From: Clostridia bacterium
GTDB lineage: Bacteria > Bacillota > Peptococcia > DRI-13 > PHAD01
Direction of reading: 5' to 3'
Assembly (NCBI GenBank): GCA_034003745.1
Contig: JAVEYA010000004.1
Span: forward strand, 1-58,503
DNA length: 58,503 nt
The notes under the pieces are model-generated. The model saw only the letters and a list, made by a program, of their open reading frames with translations. It had not been told where the DNA came from and did not search any database. A program made the position numbers and the translations under genes. Position 1 is the stretch's first letter. Each line of letters opens with the position of its first letter. Below, in pieces: positions 1-9,815 of the stretch.

Positions 1-1
1 G

Positions 2-1060
2 GATAACTCCATCCGAAAAAACGCCGCCCGCCTGCCGGTGGTCGTCGATATCCTTAATTGTGAAAAAGGCTGCAATATGGGGCCGGGGACCATCAACCTC
101 CATGAATCCATTGATAGAATCGAAGGAGCCATCTCCGACAGGACTTACACCAATATCAAACAGAACAAAGGCAATCACCGCGCCCTGCAGAGATTTCTGC
201 ACTATACTCTGCGCAAAAACGATTTCGGCTATTACCATTACCGCGACCTTTCGGAAAATAATACGATCATTCAATTTTCCGAGGATGAAATTCAAGCTGT
301 TTTCAAACAAATGCACAAAGTGTCCGAAAATGATGTCAGAAACTGCGGCGCCTGTGGTTACAGGTCCTGCCGCGAAATGGCGGAAGCCATCTTAAACGGC
401 TTAAACAAAAAAGACAACTGCTTCTTATACAAGGAAAAAGAGATCCTGCTGGAGAAAAAGCTGATTGAGGACTCTGTCCGCGAAGCTGAAATCCATAAAA
501 GAAGAGCCGAAGAAAAATCCATGGAGGCGGAAAATAGCGCCGCCCGTATCAAGGACCTCTTAGGTCAGGTTACTCATATTTTCTCGGAAATCACCGATAA
601 TGTCCAAGAGATTTCCTCCAGTTCCGATATCACCTTAAAACAGTTCTCTACCATCATCGATAATATCCAGGATTATGGAAACATCGCTACCAAGGTCTCC
701 GCTAAGACCACCAATCTGCTGCCGATTGTGGAAACCATCGGCGAGATAGCCAATCAGACCAACCTTTTAGCCCTTAACGCCGCCATCGAAGCGGCGCGGG
801 CCGGTGAACAGGGCCGCGGCTTTGCCGTTGTAGCCGACGAAATCAGGAAGCTGGCCGACAAAACAAGCCAGGAGCTCAGAAAAATCCGGCCCTTTGTGGA
901 TGACGTTATTACTTTGGTCAGCAGCCAAAATGAAGAAACCAAAAAAGTCACGGAGCGGTCTTTACAATCCCAGCAAACAACAAAGGATATGCTTGCCGCC
1001 GTGCAAAACCTGAAAATCCAGATGACCAAAATAGCCCAACAGCTGGAACAGATGAAATAA
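2..1060 (+). CDS. Methyl-accepting chemotaxis protein, 5'-truncated by the window edge. The visible part is the tail of a hydrogenase-like/Fe-S sensory region, a coiled coil and the MCP signalling domain.
   Basis: The frame is open from nt 2, with no stop before the listed GTG at 38. MCP hairpin tip: [49 protein letters not shown] resembles the RnfB-type N-terminal Fe-S module. [12 protein letters not shown] resembles the last Cys motif of [FeFe]-hydrogenase-like domains. Confidence 0.85.
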   Translation, partial: DNSIRKNAARLPVVVDILNCEKGCNMGPGTINLHESIDRIEGAISDRTYTNIKQNKGNHRALQRFLHYTLRKNDFGYYHYRDLSENNTIIQFSEDEIQAVFKQMHKVSENDVRNCGACGYRSCREMAEAILNGLNKKDNCFLYKEKEILLEKKLIEDSVREAEIHKRRAEEKSMEAENSAARIKDLLGQVTHIFSEITDNVQEISSSSDITLKQFSTIIDNIQDYGNIATKVSAKTTNLLPIVETIGEIANQTNLLALNAAIEAARAGEQGRGFAVVADEIRKLADKTSQELRKIRPFVDDVITLVSSQNEETKKVTERSLQSQQTTKDMLAAVQNLKIQMTKIAQQLEQMK

Positions 1061-1080
1061 ACCCTGAAGCTATAAAACGA

Positions 1081-1123
1081 AAGAACGGAGTATGCGTGCT
1101 GGAAGCATACCCCGTTCTTTTTT
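1081..1123. terminator. Hairpin terminator between the convergent chemoreceptor gene and trxA
   Basis: aagaacggAgtatgc (1081-1095) pairs with gcatacCccgttctt (1105-1119) with one mismatch. It is followed by a T-run on the plus strand. Confidence 0.6.
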
Positions 1124-1140
1124 AATTTAATTCGGTATTT

Positions 1141-1473
1141 TTAAAGATACTGTTCTATTACTTTCGCGATATTCGCCTTCGGCACAAAGCCCACCATCCG
1201 GTTAACTTCTTTGCCGTCCTTGAAAATCACCACAGTGGGAATACTCATGACCCCATAATCTCCAGCCGTTTTTTGGTTCTCATCTACATTTAATTTGCAA
1301 ATTTTGGCTTTGCCTTTAAAATCATCGGCTAATTCTTCTATTACAGGGCCCAGCATTTTGCACGGGCCGCACCAGGGCGCCCAAAAATCAACCAGTACGG
1401 CGCCTTTGGCCTCCAATACTTCCTCTTTAAATCCCTGATCGCCTAAAGTTACAATGTTCGGATTCTCCGCCAT
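1141..1473 (-). CDS. trxA: Thioredoxin
   Basis: WCGPC active site (FWAPWCGPCK), about 110 aa. Start moved to MAENPNIV because GGAGGTG lies 6 nt upstream of that ATG. Confidence 0.93.
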   Translation of the reverse strand: MAENPNIVTLGDQGFKEEVLEAKGAVLVDFWAPWCGPCKMLGPVIEELADDFKGKAKICKLNVDENQKTAGDYGVMSIPTVVIFKDGKEVNRMVGFVPKANIAKVIEQYL

Positions 1474-1571
1474 AACCAACACCTCCATATTTTGATAAAG
1501 ATATTATTATCTTGTTCAAACATCATTATATCAATATATGACAGGAAAAACCATCCAAAAAAATAATTAGA

Positions 1572-1775
1572 CCCCACTATGCCGTGGGGCCGTCGTTTTG
1601 AACCTGCGCACGGCAGGGGGGTGCCCTCCCGACTGCTTTATGCTTCCCGTCGAAGCGGGCCTGCAAGCCACAGCCGAAGTCCAGGCTCCCAATGTAAAGG
1701 TGTTGGCTCAAAACATAACGGTCAACTCACGAACACCGCAGGGTACAAATTCAACTGCTGTAAAGTTATTTTAAT
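1572..1775 (-). ncRNA. ssrS: Candidate 6S RNA (ends approximate)
   Basis: About 200 nt of GC-rich non-coding sequence directly downstream of aspS, the position of B. subtilis bsrA/6S-1. The ends can pair (cctgcg with cgcagg; gttgaa with ttcaa). On the minus strand it closes with hairpin ccccac/gtgggg (1572-1589) followed by a T-rich tail. The plus-strand ORF 1579-1791 is probably spurious. Confidence 0.5.
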
Positions 1776-1858
1776 ATTGGTTCTGATTTAATGTTAGCAT
1801 ATGCCCGCGTTCTATGCAAGTTGACTGAAGCTGGTTAATTTTTACTTTTTAACGACAG

Positions 1859-3652
1859 TTATTCATTCTTTGTTTTTATCTTTGTCCTTATATGCAGTTC
1901 CTGAAGCTGCCGTTCGGCCACCGGAGAAGGGGCCTGACACATCAGATCCATGGCGCTTTGGGTTTTGGGGAAAGCAATAACGTCCCGGATGGTATTGCGG
2001 TTGGCCATCAGCATCACCAGGCGGTCGATCCCGAAGGCAATCCCGCCGTGCGGCGGCACGCCATATTCGAAGGCATCCAGCAGGAAACCGAATTTTTCCT
2101 GTGCTTCAGAGGAAGAAAAGCCCAATGTCTGGAACATTTTTTCCTGGAGCCGGCGCCGGTGTATCCGGATGCTGCCTCCGCCGACCTCCACGCCGTTTAA
2201 GACCATATCGTAGGCCACCGCTTTCACCCGGCCGGGATCGGAGTCCATATAGGGAATATCTTCTTCCCGCGGCGAGGTAAAAGGATGGTGCATGGCCGCC
2301 CAGCGCTTCTCTTCCTCATCATACTCCAGCAGGGGGAAATCGACGACCCAAAGGAAATTAAGCTCCTCAGGATCAATTAAATTGAGCCGCCGGCCTAATT
2401 CGAGCCGCAGGTGCCCCAGGGAAGCCGCCACCACTGCCGGTTTATCCGCTACGAATAAGAGCAAATCCCCTGTCTTGCCGTCGAGCTTTTGGACGATCGC
2501 CTGAATTTGCTCCTCGCTGAAAAACTTGGTAATGGGGGATTTTACGCCCTCCTCGGTCAGGATGAAGTAAGCCAGCCCTTTGGCCCCGTAAATACCGGCA
2601 AATTTGGTCAGATCATCCAAATCCTTACGGGAATAATGGGCGCAAGTCTTGGCATTGATGGCCTTGACCTGTCCGCCGGAGGCCAGGACCTGGGTAAACA
2701 CCTTAAATTCAGAATTTTGGATTTCCGCACCAATGTCGACAAGTTCCATACCGAAACGCAAATCCGGCTTATCCACTCCGAAACGGGCAAGAGCTTCGGC
2801 ATAGCTTAAACGCGGCAGCGGCGTCTTAATTTCTTTATTTAAAGCGGTTTTAAAAACATGGGCCATCATGCCTTCCATCAGCGTTAAGATATCATCGCGT
2901 TCCACAAAGGACATTTCCACATCCAGCTGGGTGAATTCCGGCTGGCGGTCGGCCCGTAGGTCTTCATCCCGGAAACAGCGGGCAATCTGAAAATATTTAT
3001 CCATTCCGGCTACCATCAACAACTGCTTAAAAAGCTGCGGAGACTGGGGCAGGCTGTAAAACTCTCCTTCATGCAGACGGCTGGGCACCAGAAAATCCCT
3101 TGCTCCCTCCGGGGTACTCCGGATCAACAGCGGCGTTTCCACTTCCAGGAAACCGCGCTCGGACATATAGTCACGGATGGCTTTAACCGTCTTATGCCGC
3201 AGAATCAGTCCCTGCTGCATAAAAGGACGGCGCAGGTCCAGATAGCGGTATTTCAAACGCACCATTTCATCCACTTCCACCTCATCCGTCAGATAAAAGG
3301 GCGGCGTCTTGGCGGTAGAAAGAATCTTAAAGTCGGTAATGTTGACTTCAATTTCGCCGGTCGCCATATTCGGATTAACGGTACCTTCGGGACGAGCGCT
3401 GACTACTCCGGTCAGGGCCAATACGAATTCATTCCGGACCGTTTCCGCTTTATTAAACAACACCTCACCGATTTGAGGGCTGAAGACTACCTGCACCATG
3501 CCTTCACGGTCCCGCAAATCCACAAAGATAACCCCGCCATGGTCCCGGCGGCGGTTCACCCAGCCCATCAATATTACTGTTTTTCCGGCGTCTTGCCCGC
3601 GCAGCTCCCCGCAAGTATGGGTGCGCTTCCACCCCTGCAGCGTCTCACTCAT
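1859..3652 (-). CDS. aspS: Aspartyl-tRNA synthetase
   Basis: 597 aa, class IIb aaRS. It has an N-terminal OB fold, [18 protein letters not shown] (motif 2 region) and [10 protein letters not shown] / GIAFGIDRL (motif 3). Confidence 0.97.
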   Translation of the reverse strand: MSETLQGWKRTHTCGELRGQDAGKTVILMGWVNRRRDHGGVIFVDLRDREGMVQVVFSPQIGEVLFNKAETVRNEFVLALTGVVSARPEGTVNPNMATGEIEVNITDFKILSTAKTPPFYLTDEVEVDEMVRLKYRYLDLRRPFMQQGLILRHKTVKAIRDYMSERGFLEVETPLLIRSTPEGARDFLVPSRLHEGEFYSLPQSPQLFKQLLMVAGMDKYFQIARCFRDEDLRADRQPEFTQLDVEMSFVERDDILTLMEGMMAHVFKTALNKEIKTPLPRLSYAEALARFGVDKPDLRFGMELVDIGAEIQNSEFKVFTQVLASGGQVKAINAKTCAHYSRKDLDDLTKFAGIYGAKGLAYFILTEEGVKSPITKFFSEEQIQAIVQKLDGKTGDLLLFVADKPAVVAASLGHLRLELGRRLNLIDPEELNFLWVVDFPLLEYDEEEKRWAAMHHPFTSPREEDIPYMDSDPGRVKAVAYDMVLNGVEVGGGSIRIHRRRLQEKMFQTLGFSSSEAQEKFGFLLDAFEYGVPPHGGIAFGIDRLVMLMANRNTIRDVIAFPKTQSAMDLMCQAPSPVAERQLQELHIRTKIKTKNE

Positions 3653-3658
3653 TATTGT

Positions 3659-4927
3659 TTAGCCCTCCTTAATCATTGTCAGCAAATCTTCTACGAGGCT
3701 GTCTAATTTAACCGCGGTCTGGGTGCTGTCTTTCATCCGCCGCAGGATTACTTCCTGATTATTCAGCTCATTTTCCCCGATAATTAAAACATAAGGCGCC
3801 TCAAGCCTTCCAGCCGTCTTCAGCTGTGCTTTCAGGCTCTTGCCCAAATAATCTTTCTCCACGGAGACGCCCTGTTTTCTTAATTCCTGGGCAAGAACAG
3901 CGCCCTTCAAGTTAGCTTCCTCGCCCAAAGCGGCGATGAAAACCTGCACCGGTATACGGGAGCCCAGCGCAATGCCCTGCTGCTCCAGTACTGCCAGAAT
4001 CCTTTCCAGACCGGTGGCATAGCCTATTCCCGGCAGCGCCGGCCCGCCAATCTGTTCAATCAAACCGTCATAGCGTCCGCCGCCGCAGATGGACGACTGC
4101 GCGCCGATCCCTTGGGCTACGATCTCAAAGGCGGTCATGACATAATAATCCAGACCCCGGACCAATCTCGGCTCCAGACGGTAGGAAACACCAAAGGCCT
4201 GCAGGTATTCCCGGACCTTGGCAAAATGCTCCGTGCATTCCGGGCAGAGCACATCGGTAATCTCCGGGACACCCCGGACGAGCTCCTGACAGGCCGGATT
4301 CTTGCAATCAAGAATTCTCAGGGGATTCTTTTCAAATCTGCCCTGACACGTCGGACACAACTCCTGTCTTTTGGGAGCAAGGAATTTTTTCATTTCTTCC
4401 AGGTGCGCCGGCCGGCACTTCGGGCAGCCCACACTGTTCAGTTCGACGATCAAATCTTTGAGTCCCAGACGCTGAAAAATGTCTACCGCCATGGCAATCA
4501 CTTCGGCATCCACGCCGGCATCGGCGGAGCCGAACACTTCAATACCGTATTGATGGAACTGCCGGTAGCGTCCGGCCTGGGGACGGTCATAGCGGAACAT
4601 CGGTCCCAGATAATACAGCTTGACCGGCAGGGAGTCGGCATACAGCTTATTCTCCACAAAAGCCCGCACCGTCGGCGCCGTACCCTCCGGACGCAGGGTC
4701 AGGGACCGCTCGCCCCGGTCGGTAAAAGTATACATTTCTTTTTCCACGATATCCGTAGTCTCTCCTACACTACGCAGAAACAACTCCGTCTGCTCAAAAA
4801 TGGGCGTTCTGATCTCCTGTAAGCCATACAGCCGGGAAATCTGCCGGAGCGCTTCCTCCAGGTACTGCCATTTTTCTATTTTCCCCGGAAGAAAATCATT
4901 GGTTCCTCTCGGCCGCGTTGTCAACAT
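3659..4927 (-). CDS. hisS: Histidyl-tRNA synthetase
   Basis: 422 aa. PRGTNDFLP near the N-terminus, MFRYDRPQAGRYRQFHQ, GGGRYDGL. The stop lies 6 nt upstream of the aspS start. Confidence 0.97.
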   Translation of the reverse strand: MLTTRPRGTNDFLPGKIEKWQYLEEALRQISRLYGLQEIRTPIFEQTELFLRSVGETTDIVEKEMYTFTDRGERSLTLRPEGTAPTVRAFVENKLYADSLPVKLYYLGPMFRYDRPQAGRYRQFHQYGIEVFGSADAGVDAEVIAMAVDIFQRLGLKDLIVELNSVGCPKCRPAHLEEMKKFLAPKRQELCPTCQGRFEKNPLRILDCKNPACQELVRGVPEITDVLCPECTEHFAKVREYLQAFGVSYRLEPRLVRGLDYYVMTAFEIVAQGIGAQSSICGGGRYDGLIEQIGGPALPGIGYATGLERILAVLEQQGIALGSRIPVQVFIAALGEEANLKGAVLAQELRKQGVSVEKDYLGKSLKAQLKTAGRLEAPYVLIIGENELNNQEVILRRMKDSTQTAVKLDSLVEDLLTMIKEG

Positions 4928-4974
4928 ATGTATGAACCTCCTCTTTTTTAAGGCGGTTTAATCATCTAATTATT

Positions 4975-6507
4975 TTATACAAAGGCTTTGAGCTTGTCAA
5001 TTTTCTTTAGAATCAGGTCGTCAAGACGGTCCAGATACATCAGCAGGTCTTTGGGATTATATATGTTCTCGATGCCCTCTTGCCGCGGATTGATAATTTT
5101 GCTGCCGGCGCCTACCCCGCAGCCGATAATGGTCTGCTTCTCCTCCATCATCTCGATATTATAGCGGCAGACGTGGCCCTCCAGCGTATAGCCTACATTT
5201 TCGCCGTGGGCAAAAATATCTTTTTGCCGATAGAGATAATAGGGCAGATAGCCGGCTTTCTCCACGGCTTTTTGCGCAAACGCCATCATCGCCTGCCCTT
5301 TGCTCCAGCCGGCCGAGCGGACCACGATGTTTTCCTGGCGGTAAATAGCGGCGCGTTTTAAGGCTAAGGCATGCAGGGTGATATTTTCCGGCCTTAGGGC
5401 CAGCGTCTCGGTTAAGGTCAGCGCCAAATCGGAGATATCCTCGCCCGGCAAGCCTACAATCAAATCCATGTTAATCGTCGGGATGCCCATTCTCTTGGCC
5501 ATATGGCGGCTTTCTTTAATCTGCGCTACAGTATGACGCCGGCCGATGGTGTACAGCGTCCGCTCACACATGGTCTGCGGATTGATACTTAAACGTTTGG
5601 CCTGATTATTCCGGATAACCTGGAGATTATTGAAATCCAGCGTATCCGGACGGCCGCCCTCCACCGTGACCTCACAGTCCGTTCCATACCGAAAGGCTGC
5701 CGCCGTGGTCTTGAGCAGGCGGTCCAACTGCGCCGCTGTCAGAAGCGTGGGCGTCCCTCCGCCTAAATAGACGGAGCCGACGGTTAAAGCGCTGTCTTTG
5801 ATACTTTCACCAACAGCGCGTATTTCTTTTTGCAGCGCTTCCAGGTAGGCCTCCAGCAGATGCCCCCAACGGCTCAGGGGTAGGGAGGGAAAAGAACAGT
5901 AATGACAGCGTGTGGGGCAAAAGGGGATGGAAATATAGATGCCGATTCTGCGTGCGGCTTCCTCCGCGGTCAACAGATAAGGGCGCTGATACTCGGCTGT
6001 GCGGCAGACCAGTTCGGCCTTGTCCGGCCTAAGGCCGTATTCATTCAGCAGGATTCTGGATACTTTCTCCCGTGGAAAGCCCAGGTCCAATAAGCGATGC
6101 ACGATTTTGACCGGCCGCACTCCGGTCAAAACTCCCCAAGGGCTGAGCCCCCTGCTGTCCTCCTGCGCCTCCGCAGAATTCATCCCGGCGAAATATTTGC
6201 TCAAAACACGGTAAACCGCCAGTCTGAGCAGCCGGCGGTTCCGGTTGGTTTCCTGTTCCGGAAAATTATTTTTAAGGGTGCTCTCCATATGCTGATAATC
6301 ATGCTGCGCGATACGCAGACGTACCCGTAAACCTTTGTCCTGCCGGGCAATAATTAAGTTCAGACTTCCTGCAGCCGGCTCCTCAGCCTCTTTTGCCTCC
6401 AGCGGAAATATGGCGAGTTCGGTTTCCGGGAAATGTACTTTTAAGAGGTCATGCAGTACCTTGAGGTCTTCAGCTTCAGCTGAATATATCTTCACCTTAT
6501 CCATCAT
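4975..6507 (-). CDS. hemZ: Radical SAM protein, HemZ/HemN-like coproporphyrinogen dehydrogenase family
   Basis: 510 aa. CxxxCxxC motif (PFCPTRCHYCSF) followed by a HemN-type core (YLGGGTPT), with a long N-terminal extension typical of clostridial HemZ. Confidence 0.8.
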   Translation of the reverse strand: MMDKVKIYSAEAEDLKVLHDLLKVHFPETELAIFPLEAKEAEEPAAGSLNLIIARQDKGLRVRLRIAQHDYQHMESTLKNNFPEQETNRNRRLLRLAVYRVLSKYFAGMNSAEAQEDSRGLSPWGVLTGVRPVKIVHRLLDLGFPREKVSRILLNEYGLRPDKAELVCRTAEYQRPYLLTAEEAARRIGIYISIPFCPTRCHYCSFPSLPLSRWGHLLEAYLEALQKEIRAVGESIKDSALTVGSVYLGGGTPTLLTAAQLDRLLKTTAAAFRYGTDCEVTVEGGRPDTLDFNNLQVIRNNQAKRLSINPQTMCERTLYTIGRRHTVAQIKESRHMAKRMGIPTINMDLIVGLPGEDISDLALTLTETLALRPENITLHALALKRAAIYRQENIVVRSAGWSKGQAMMAFAQKAVEKAGYLPYYLYRQKDIFAHGENVGYTLEGHVCRYNIEMMEEKQTIIGCGVGAGSKIINPRQEGIENIYNPKDLLMYLDRLDDLILKKIDKLKAFV

Positions 6508-6508
6508 T

Positions 6509-7129
6509 TTAGTTCAGAAAAGGATTTCCCGACTTTTCCGCGCCGATGGTGGTTTTGCCGCCATGTCCGGGAAAGACGGTGGTATTCTCATCCAAAGCAA
6601 GCAATTTATCCGTAATGGAAGAAATCAATTCCGGATAAGAGCCGCCCGGCAGGTCGGTCCGCCCGATGGAATACTGGAAGAGCGTATCGCCTGAAAAACA
6701 GGCCTTGCCGGATACCAGGCAGATGCCGCCGCGGGAATGTCCCGGCGTATGCAATACGGTAAAGATCATTTTTCCAACTTCCAGCGTATCCCCATCCTTT
6801 AAGAGCAGATCGGCAGCCGGTCCGTTGGTCCGGACAGGCATATACAGCGACATATTCTTCGCCGCATCGGTAAGCATTGGCGCATCCTCCCGATGGATGG
6901 CTAAAACCGCTCCCGTAACCTCTTTCACATAGCCGTTGGCCCCGATATGATCCCCGTGGCCGTGCGTGTTAACGATATATTTTACCTGCAGGTCTTTCTT
7001 TTGTATTTCCGTGCAGATTTTCTCCCCTTCCTCACCGGGGTCGATCACCAGGGCCTCTTTCGTCTCCTCGTCATAGACGATATAGCAGTTCGCACCGATA
7101 AATCCTACGGGTATGATGATGATTTTCAA
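6509..7129 (-). CDS. MBL-fold metallo-hydrolase (glyoxalase II-like)
   Basis: 206 aa with the HxHxDH motif (NTHGHGDH) and downstream HTPGHS. Confidence 0.85.
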   Translation of the reverse strand: MKIIIIPVGFIGANCYIVYDEETKEALVIDPGEEGEKICTEIQKKDLQVKYIVNTHGHGDHIGANGYVKEVTGAVLAIHREDAPMLTDAAKNMSLYMPVRTNGPAADLLLKDGDTLEVGKMIFTVLHTPGHSRGGICLVSGKACFSGDTLFQYSIGRTDLPGGSYPELISSITDKLLALDENTTVFPGHGGKTTIGAEKSGNPFLN

Positions 7130-7158
7130 GATGCTTCCTCCTTCGCTTACAATATCTC

Positions 7159-7608
7159 TTAAAATAATTTCCGGCTATCCAGCAGCATCGTCACCGGTCC
7201 GTCGTTTTCCAGCCCAATTCGCATATGCTCCCGGAAGATCCCCGTTTTAACTGCAAGTCCCGACTGCCGGAGCAACTGTACATATAACTGATATAACCTA
7301 TCCGCCTCCTCTGGCGGCGCGGCTTCGGTGAAGCCCGGCCTGCGTCCCTGGCGGCAATCTCCATAGAGCGTGAACTGGGACACCGCCAAGATCTCTCCGC
7401 CGCTGTCTTTAACAGAAAGGTTCATCTTACCCGCTTTATCTTCAAAGATGCGCAAATGGGCCGTCTTCTCGGCAAGATATCCGGCGTCCTCTTCCGTATC
7501 CTCTCTGCCTACCCCCAGCAGCACCAGCAGCCCCGGCCCAATCCGGCTGATTTCATTTTCTCCGATCTGCACAGAGGCATTCGTCACTCTTTGGATAACA
7601 GCGCGCAT
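7159..7608 (-). CDS. dtd: D-aminoacyl-tRNA deacylase
   Basis: MRAVIQRV N-terminus, SQFTLYGD and NDGPVT motifs. Start trimmed to MRAVIQRV, which clears the relA stop at 7616. Confidence 0.93.
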   Translation of the reverse strand: MRAVIQRVTNASVQIGENEISRIGPGLLVLLGVGREDTEEDAGYLAEKTAHLRIFEDKAGKMNLSVKDSGGEILAVSQFTLYGDCRQGRRPGFTEAAPPEEADRLYQLYVQLLRQSGLAVKTGIFREHMRIGLENDGPVTMLLDSRKLF

Positions 7609-7615
7609 TTCTTCC

Positions 7616-9799
7616 TCACTTACCCGGCGTAACACGGTAAACGTCTATGACGCCGCGCAGCCGTTTGATTTTCTCCATCACCAGACTTAACTGGCTTAAC
7701 GTCTTGATTTCTATCTTCAGATTTACCGTAGCCATATCATTCCGGGTGGAGCGCGCCCTGACCGCGTTAATCTGCACCTTCATATCGGCAATAGTCGTCA
7801 TAATATCGGTGGTCAAACGGGCCCGATCCATGGCCACCACTTCTATTTCCACCTGATAAGAACTTTCGTTTTCTTCATCCCAGGTCACATCCACAATACG
7901 TCCCTGTTCCTCCTGCAGAACATGATGCACATTGGAACAATCCGTCCGATGAACCGAGACGCCCCGCCCCCGGGTAATATAGCCGATGATGGGATCACCG
8001 GGCAGGGGATTGCAGCAATGCGCCAGCCGGACCAAAATATCATCTACCCCGCGCACCCGAACCCCTTGCTGTGATTTACCGTAGGCAGACCCCTTTTTCG
8101 CCTCCGCGACATAATCGGGGAAGAGACCGTCGTCACTTTGTTTTTTCAGCTTCAGCTGCTCGTCCCGCAGGCGGGTGATGATCTGCAGCGGGCTGATGGC
8201 GCCCTCTCCGATAGCGGCCAGCAAATCGTCCGCCGTAATCATGCTGAAACGCTTGACAATTTCCTGAAATTTTTCGGTTTTGAACAATTCCACCGGATCA
8301 AAGCCCTGCTTTTTAAATTCTTTTTCCAACAGCTCTTTGCCCCGGTGCACATTTTCTTCTCTTTTTTCCTTCTTGAACCAGTGCCGGATACGGTTCTTAG
8401 CCAGCGACGTCTTGACCACCTTCAGCCAGTCGCGGCTAGGTCCGTTGGCCTGTTTGGAAGTGAGGACATCCACGATATCCCCGTTTCTCAAAACATAATC
8501 CAAGGGTACAATGCGCCCGTTGACTTTGGCTCCAATGCAGCGGTGACCGATATCCGAGTGAATGCGATAGGCAAAGTCGACGGGCACGGAGCCTGCGGGC
8601 AACTCGATAACGTCGCCCTTGGGCGTGAAAACAAAAACAACATCGGCAAAGACGTCGATCTTCAACGTCTCCATAAATTCTTTGGTGTCTCTGACTTCCG
8701 TCTGCCACTCCAACAAATTGCGCAGCCAGTTCAGGCGCTTTTCCAAATCCTTACCGCCCGGCTTGGCGCCGCCTTCTTTGTATTTCCAATGGGCCGCGAT
8801 ACCATATTCAGCCGTGCGGTGCATCTCCCATGTCCGTATCTGAATCTCGAAAGGCTCCGCGCCGAAGCCCATCACTGTGGTATGCAGAGATTGATACATA
8901 TTGGGTTTGGGCATAGCGATATAGTCCTTGAATCTTCCCGGAACCGGCTTCCACAGTGTATGGATAATGCCCAGCGTGCCGTAACAGTCCTTGACATTTT
9001 CAACCAGGACCCGCACTGCGACCAGGTCAAAGATCTCATTTAATTCCCGGTTTTTGTCCAGCATCTTTTTATAAATGGAATAAAAATGTTTGGGCCTCCC
9101 GACAATATCCGCCTTGATGCCGACCTCGTCCAGTTTCTCTTTCAGATTTTGGATGACCTTTTCGATATAGACCAGGCGTTCCTGGCGCTTCATGGAGATT
9201 TTGTCCGCCAGATCGTAATACTTTTCCGGCTCCAGATAGCGGAAAGAGAGGTCCTCCAATTCCCATTTGAAGGCAAAAATACCGAGGCGATGGGCCAGCG
9301 GGGCAAAAATATCGATGGTTTCGCGGGCAATTTCTTTCTGCTTCCAGTCCGGATGGTGCTCCAGTGTACGCATATTATGCAGCCTGTCGGCCAGCTTGAT
9401 CAGAATCACCCGGATATCTTTGGCCATAGCCAAAAACATCTTGCGTAAATTCTCGACCTGCTGTTCCTCCTTGGTATGAAACTCCAGTTTGCCCAGCTTG
9501 GTCACGCCGCCAACCAGATAGGCCGTCTCCGCGCCAAAGGTCTTTTCCACGTCGGCCAGGGTAATCTTGGTGTCCTCCACCACATCGTGCAGAAGAGCCG
9601 CCGCAATAGTGGGCAGGTCGAGTTCCAGCTGCGCCAGCATTAGCGCTACAGCTACAGGATGAATGATATACGGTTCTCCGGAGTTCCGCAGCTGTCCGTC
9701 ATGCGCCTGGCGGGCCAGTTCATAGGCCTTATCGGCAATATTCAATTCTTCTGCCGTCAGGTATTTACCCAGACGTTCGGTTAACTCTTGATAGGACAA
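7616..9799 (-). CDS. relA: Bifunctional (p)ppGpp synthetase/hydrolase (RelA/SpoT, Rel)
   Basis: 727 aa. HD hydrolase domain (HDVVEDT), synthetase domain ([14 protein letters not shown]), and TGS and ACT regions. TTG start with GGTGGTGA upstream. Confidence 0.95.
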   Translation of the reverse strand: MSYQELTERLGKYLTAEELNIADKAYELARQAHDGQLRNSGEPYIIHPVAVALMLAQLELDLPTIAAALLHDVVEDTKITLADVEKTFGAETAYLVGGVTKLGKLEFHTKEEQQVENLRKMFLAMAKDIRVILIKLADRLHNMRTLEHHPDWKQKEIARETIDIFAPLAHRLGIFAFKWELEDLSFRYLEPEKYYDLADKISMKRQERLVYIEKVIQNLKEKLDEVGIKADIVGRPKHFYSIYKKMLDKNRELNEIFDLVAVRVLVENVKDCYGTLGIIHTLWKPVPGRFKDYIAMPKPNMYQSLHTTVMGFGAEPFEIQIRTWEMHRTAEYGIAAHWKYKEGGAKPGGKDLEKRLNWLRNLLEWQTEVRDTKEFMETLKIDVFADVVFVFTPKGDVIELPAGSVPVDFAYRIHSDIGHRCIGAKVNGRIVPLDYVLRNGDIVDVLTSKQANGPSRDWLKVVKTSLAKNRIRHWFKKEKREENVHRGKELLEKEFKKQGFDPVELFKTEKFQEIVKRFSMITADDLLAAIGEGAISPLQIITRLRDEQLKLKKQSDDGLFPDYVAEAKKGSAYGKSQQGVRVRGVDDILVRLAHCCNPLPGDPIIGYITRGRGVSVHRTDCSNVHHVLQEEQGRIVDVTWDEENESSYQVEIEVVAMDRARLTTDIMTTIADMKVQINAVRARSTRNDMATVNLKIEIKTLSQLSLVMEKIKRLRGVIDVYRVTPGK

Positions 9800-9815
9800 G
9801 CTGCTTCACCACCCT

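Noticed and set aside
1579-1791. 70-aa plus-strand ORF in the aspS-trxA gap
   Set aside because: It has no RBS, an Arg/Gly/Ser/Pro-rich composition typical of a random frame in GC-rich RNA, and it overlaps the better-supported candidate 6S RNA on the opposite strand.
4928-4974. I looked for a T-box leader upstream of hisS-aspS, as in B. subtilis.
   Set aside because: Only 47 nt separate the hemZ-like stop from the hisS start. That is too short for a T-box (about 200 nt or more), and I saw no specifier or antiterminator elements. hisS-aspS appear to be read as part of the long co-directional array.
8138-9043. 301-aa ORF antisense to relA. Similar long antisense or alternate-frame ORFs occur at 3071-3706, 4112-4822, 10284-10784, 10839-11366, 18088-18600, 18791-19318, 27213-27806, 28006-28593, 35894-36694, 37619-38194, 39777-40397, 41959-42660 and 50590-51276.
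   Set aside because: All lie entirely inside strongly supported conserved genes. They have skewed, low-complexity compositions (Arg/Gly/Pro/His rich) and no RBS. They are shadow ORFs.
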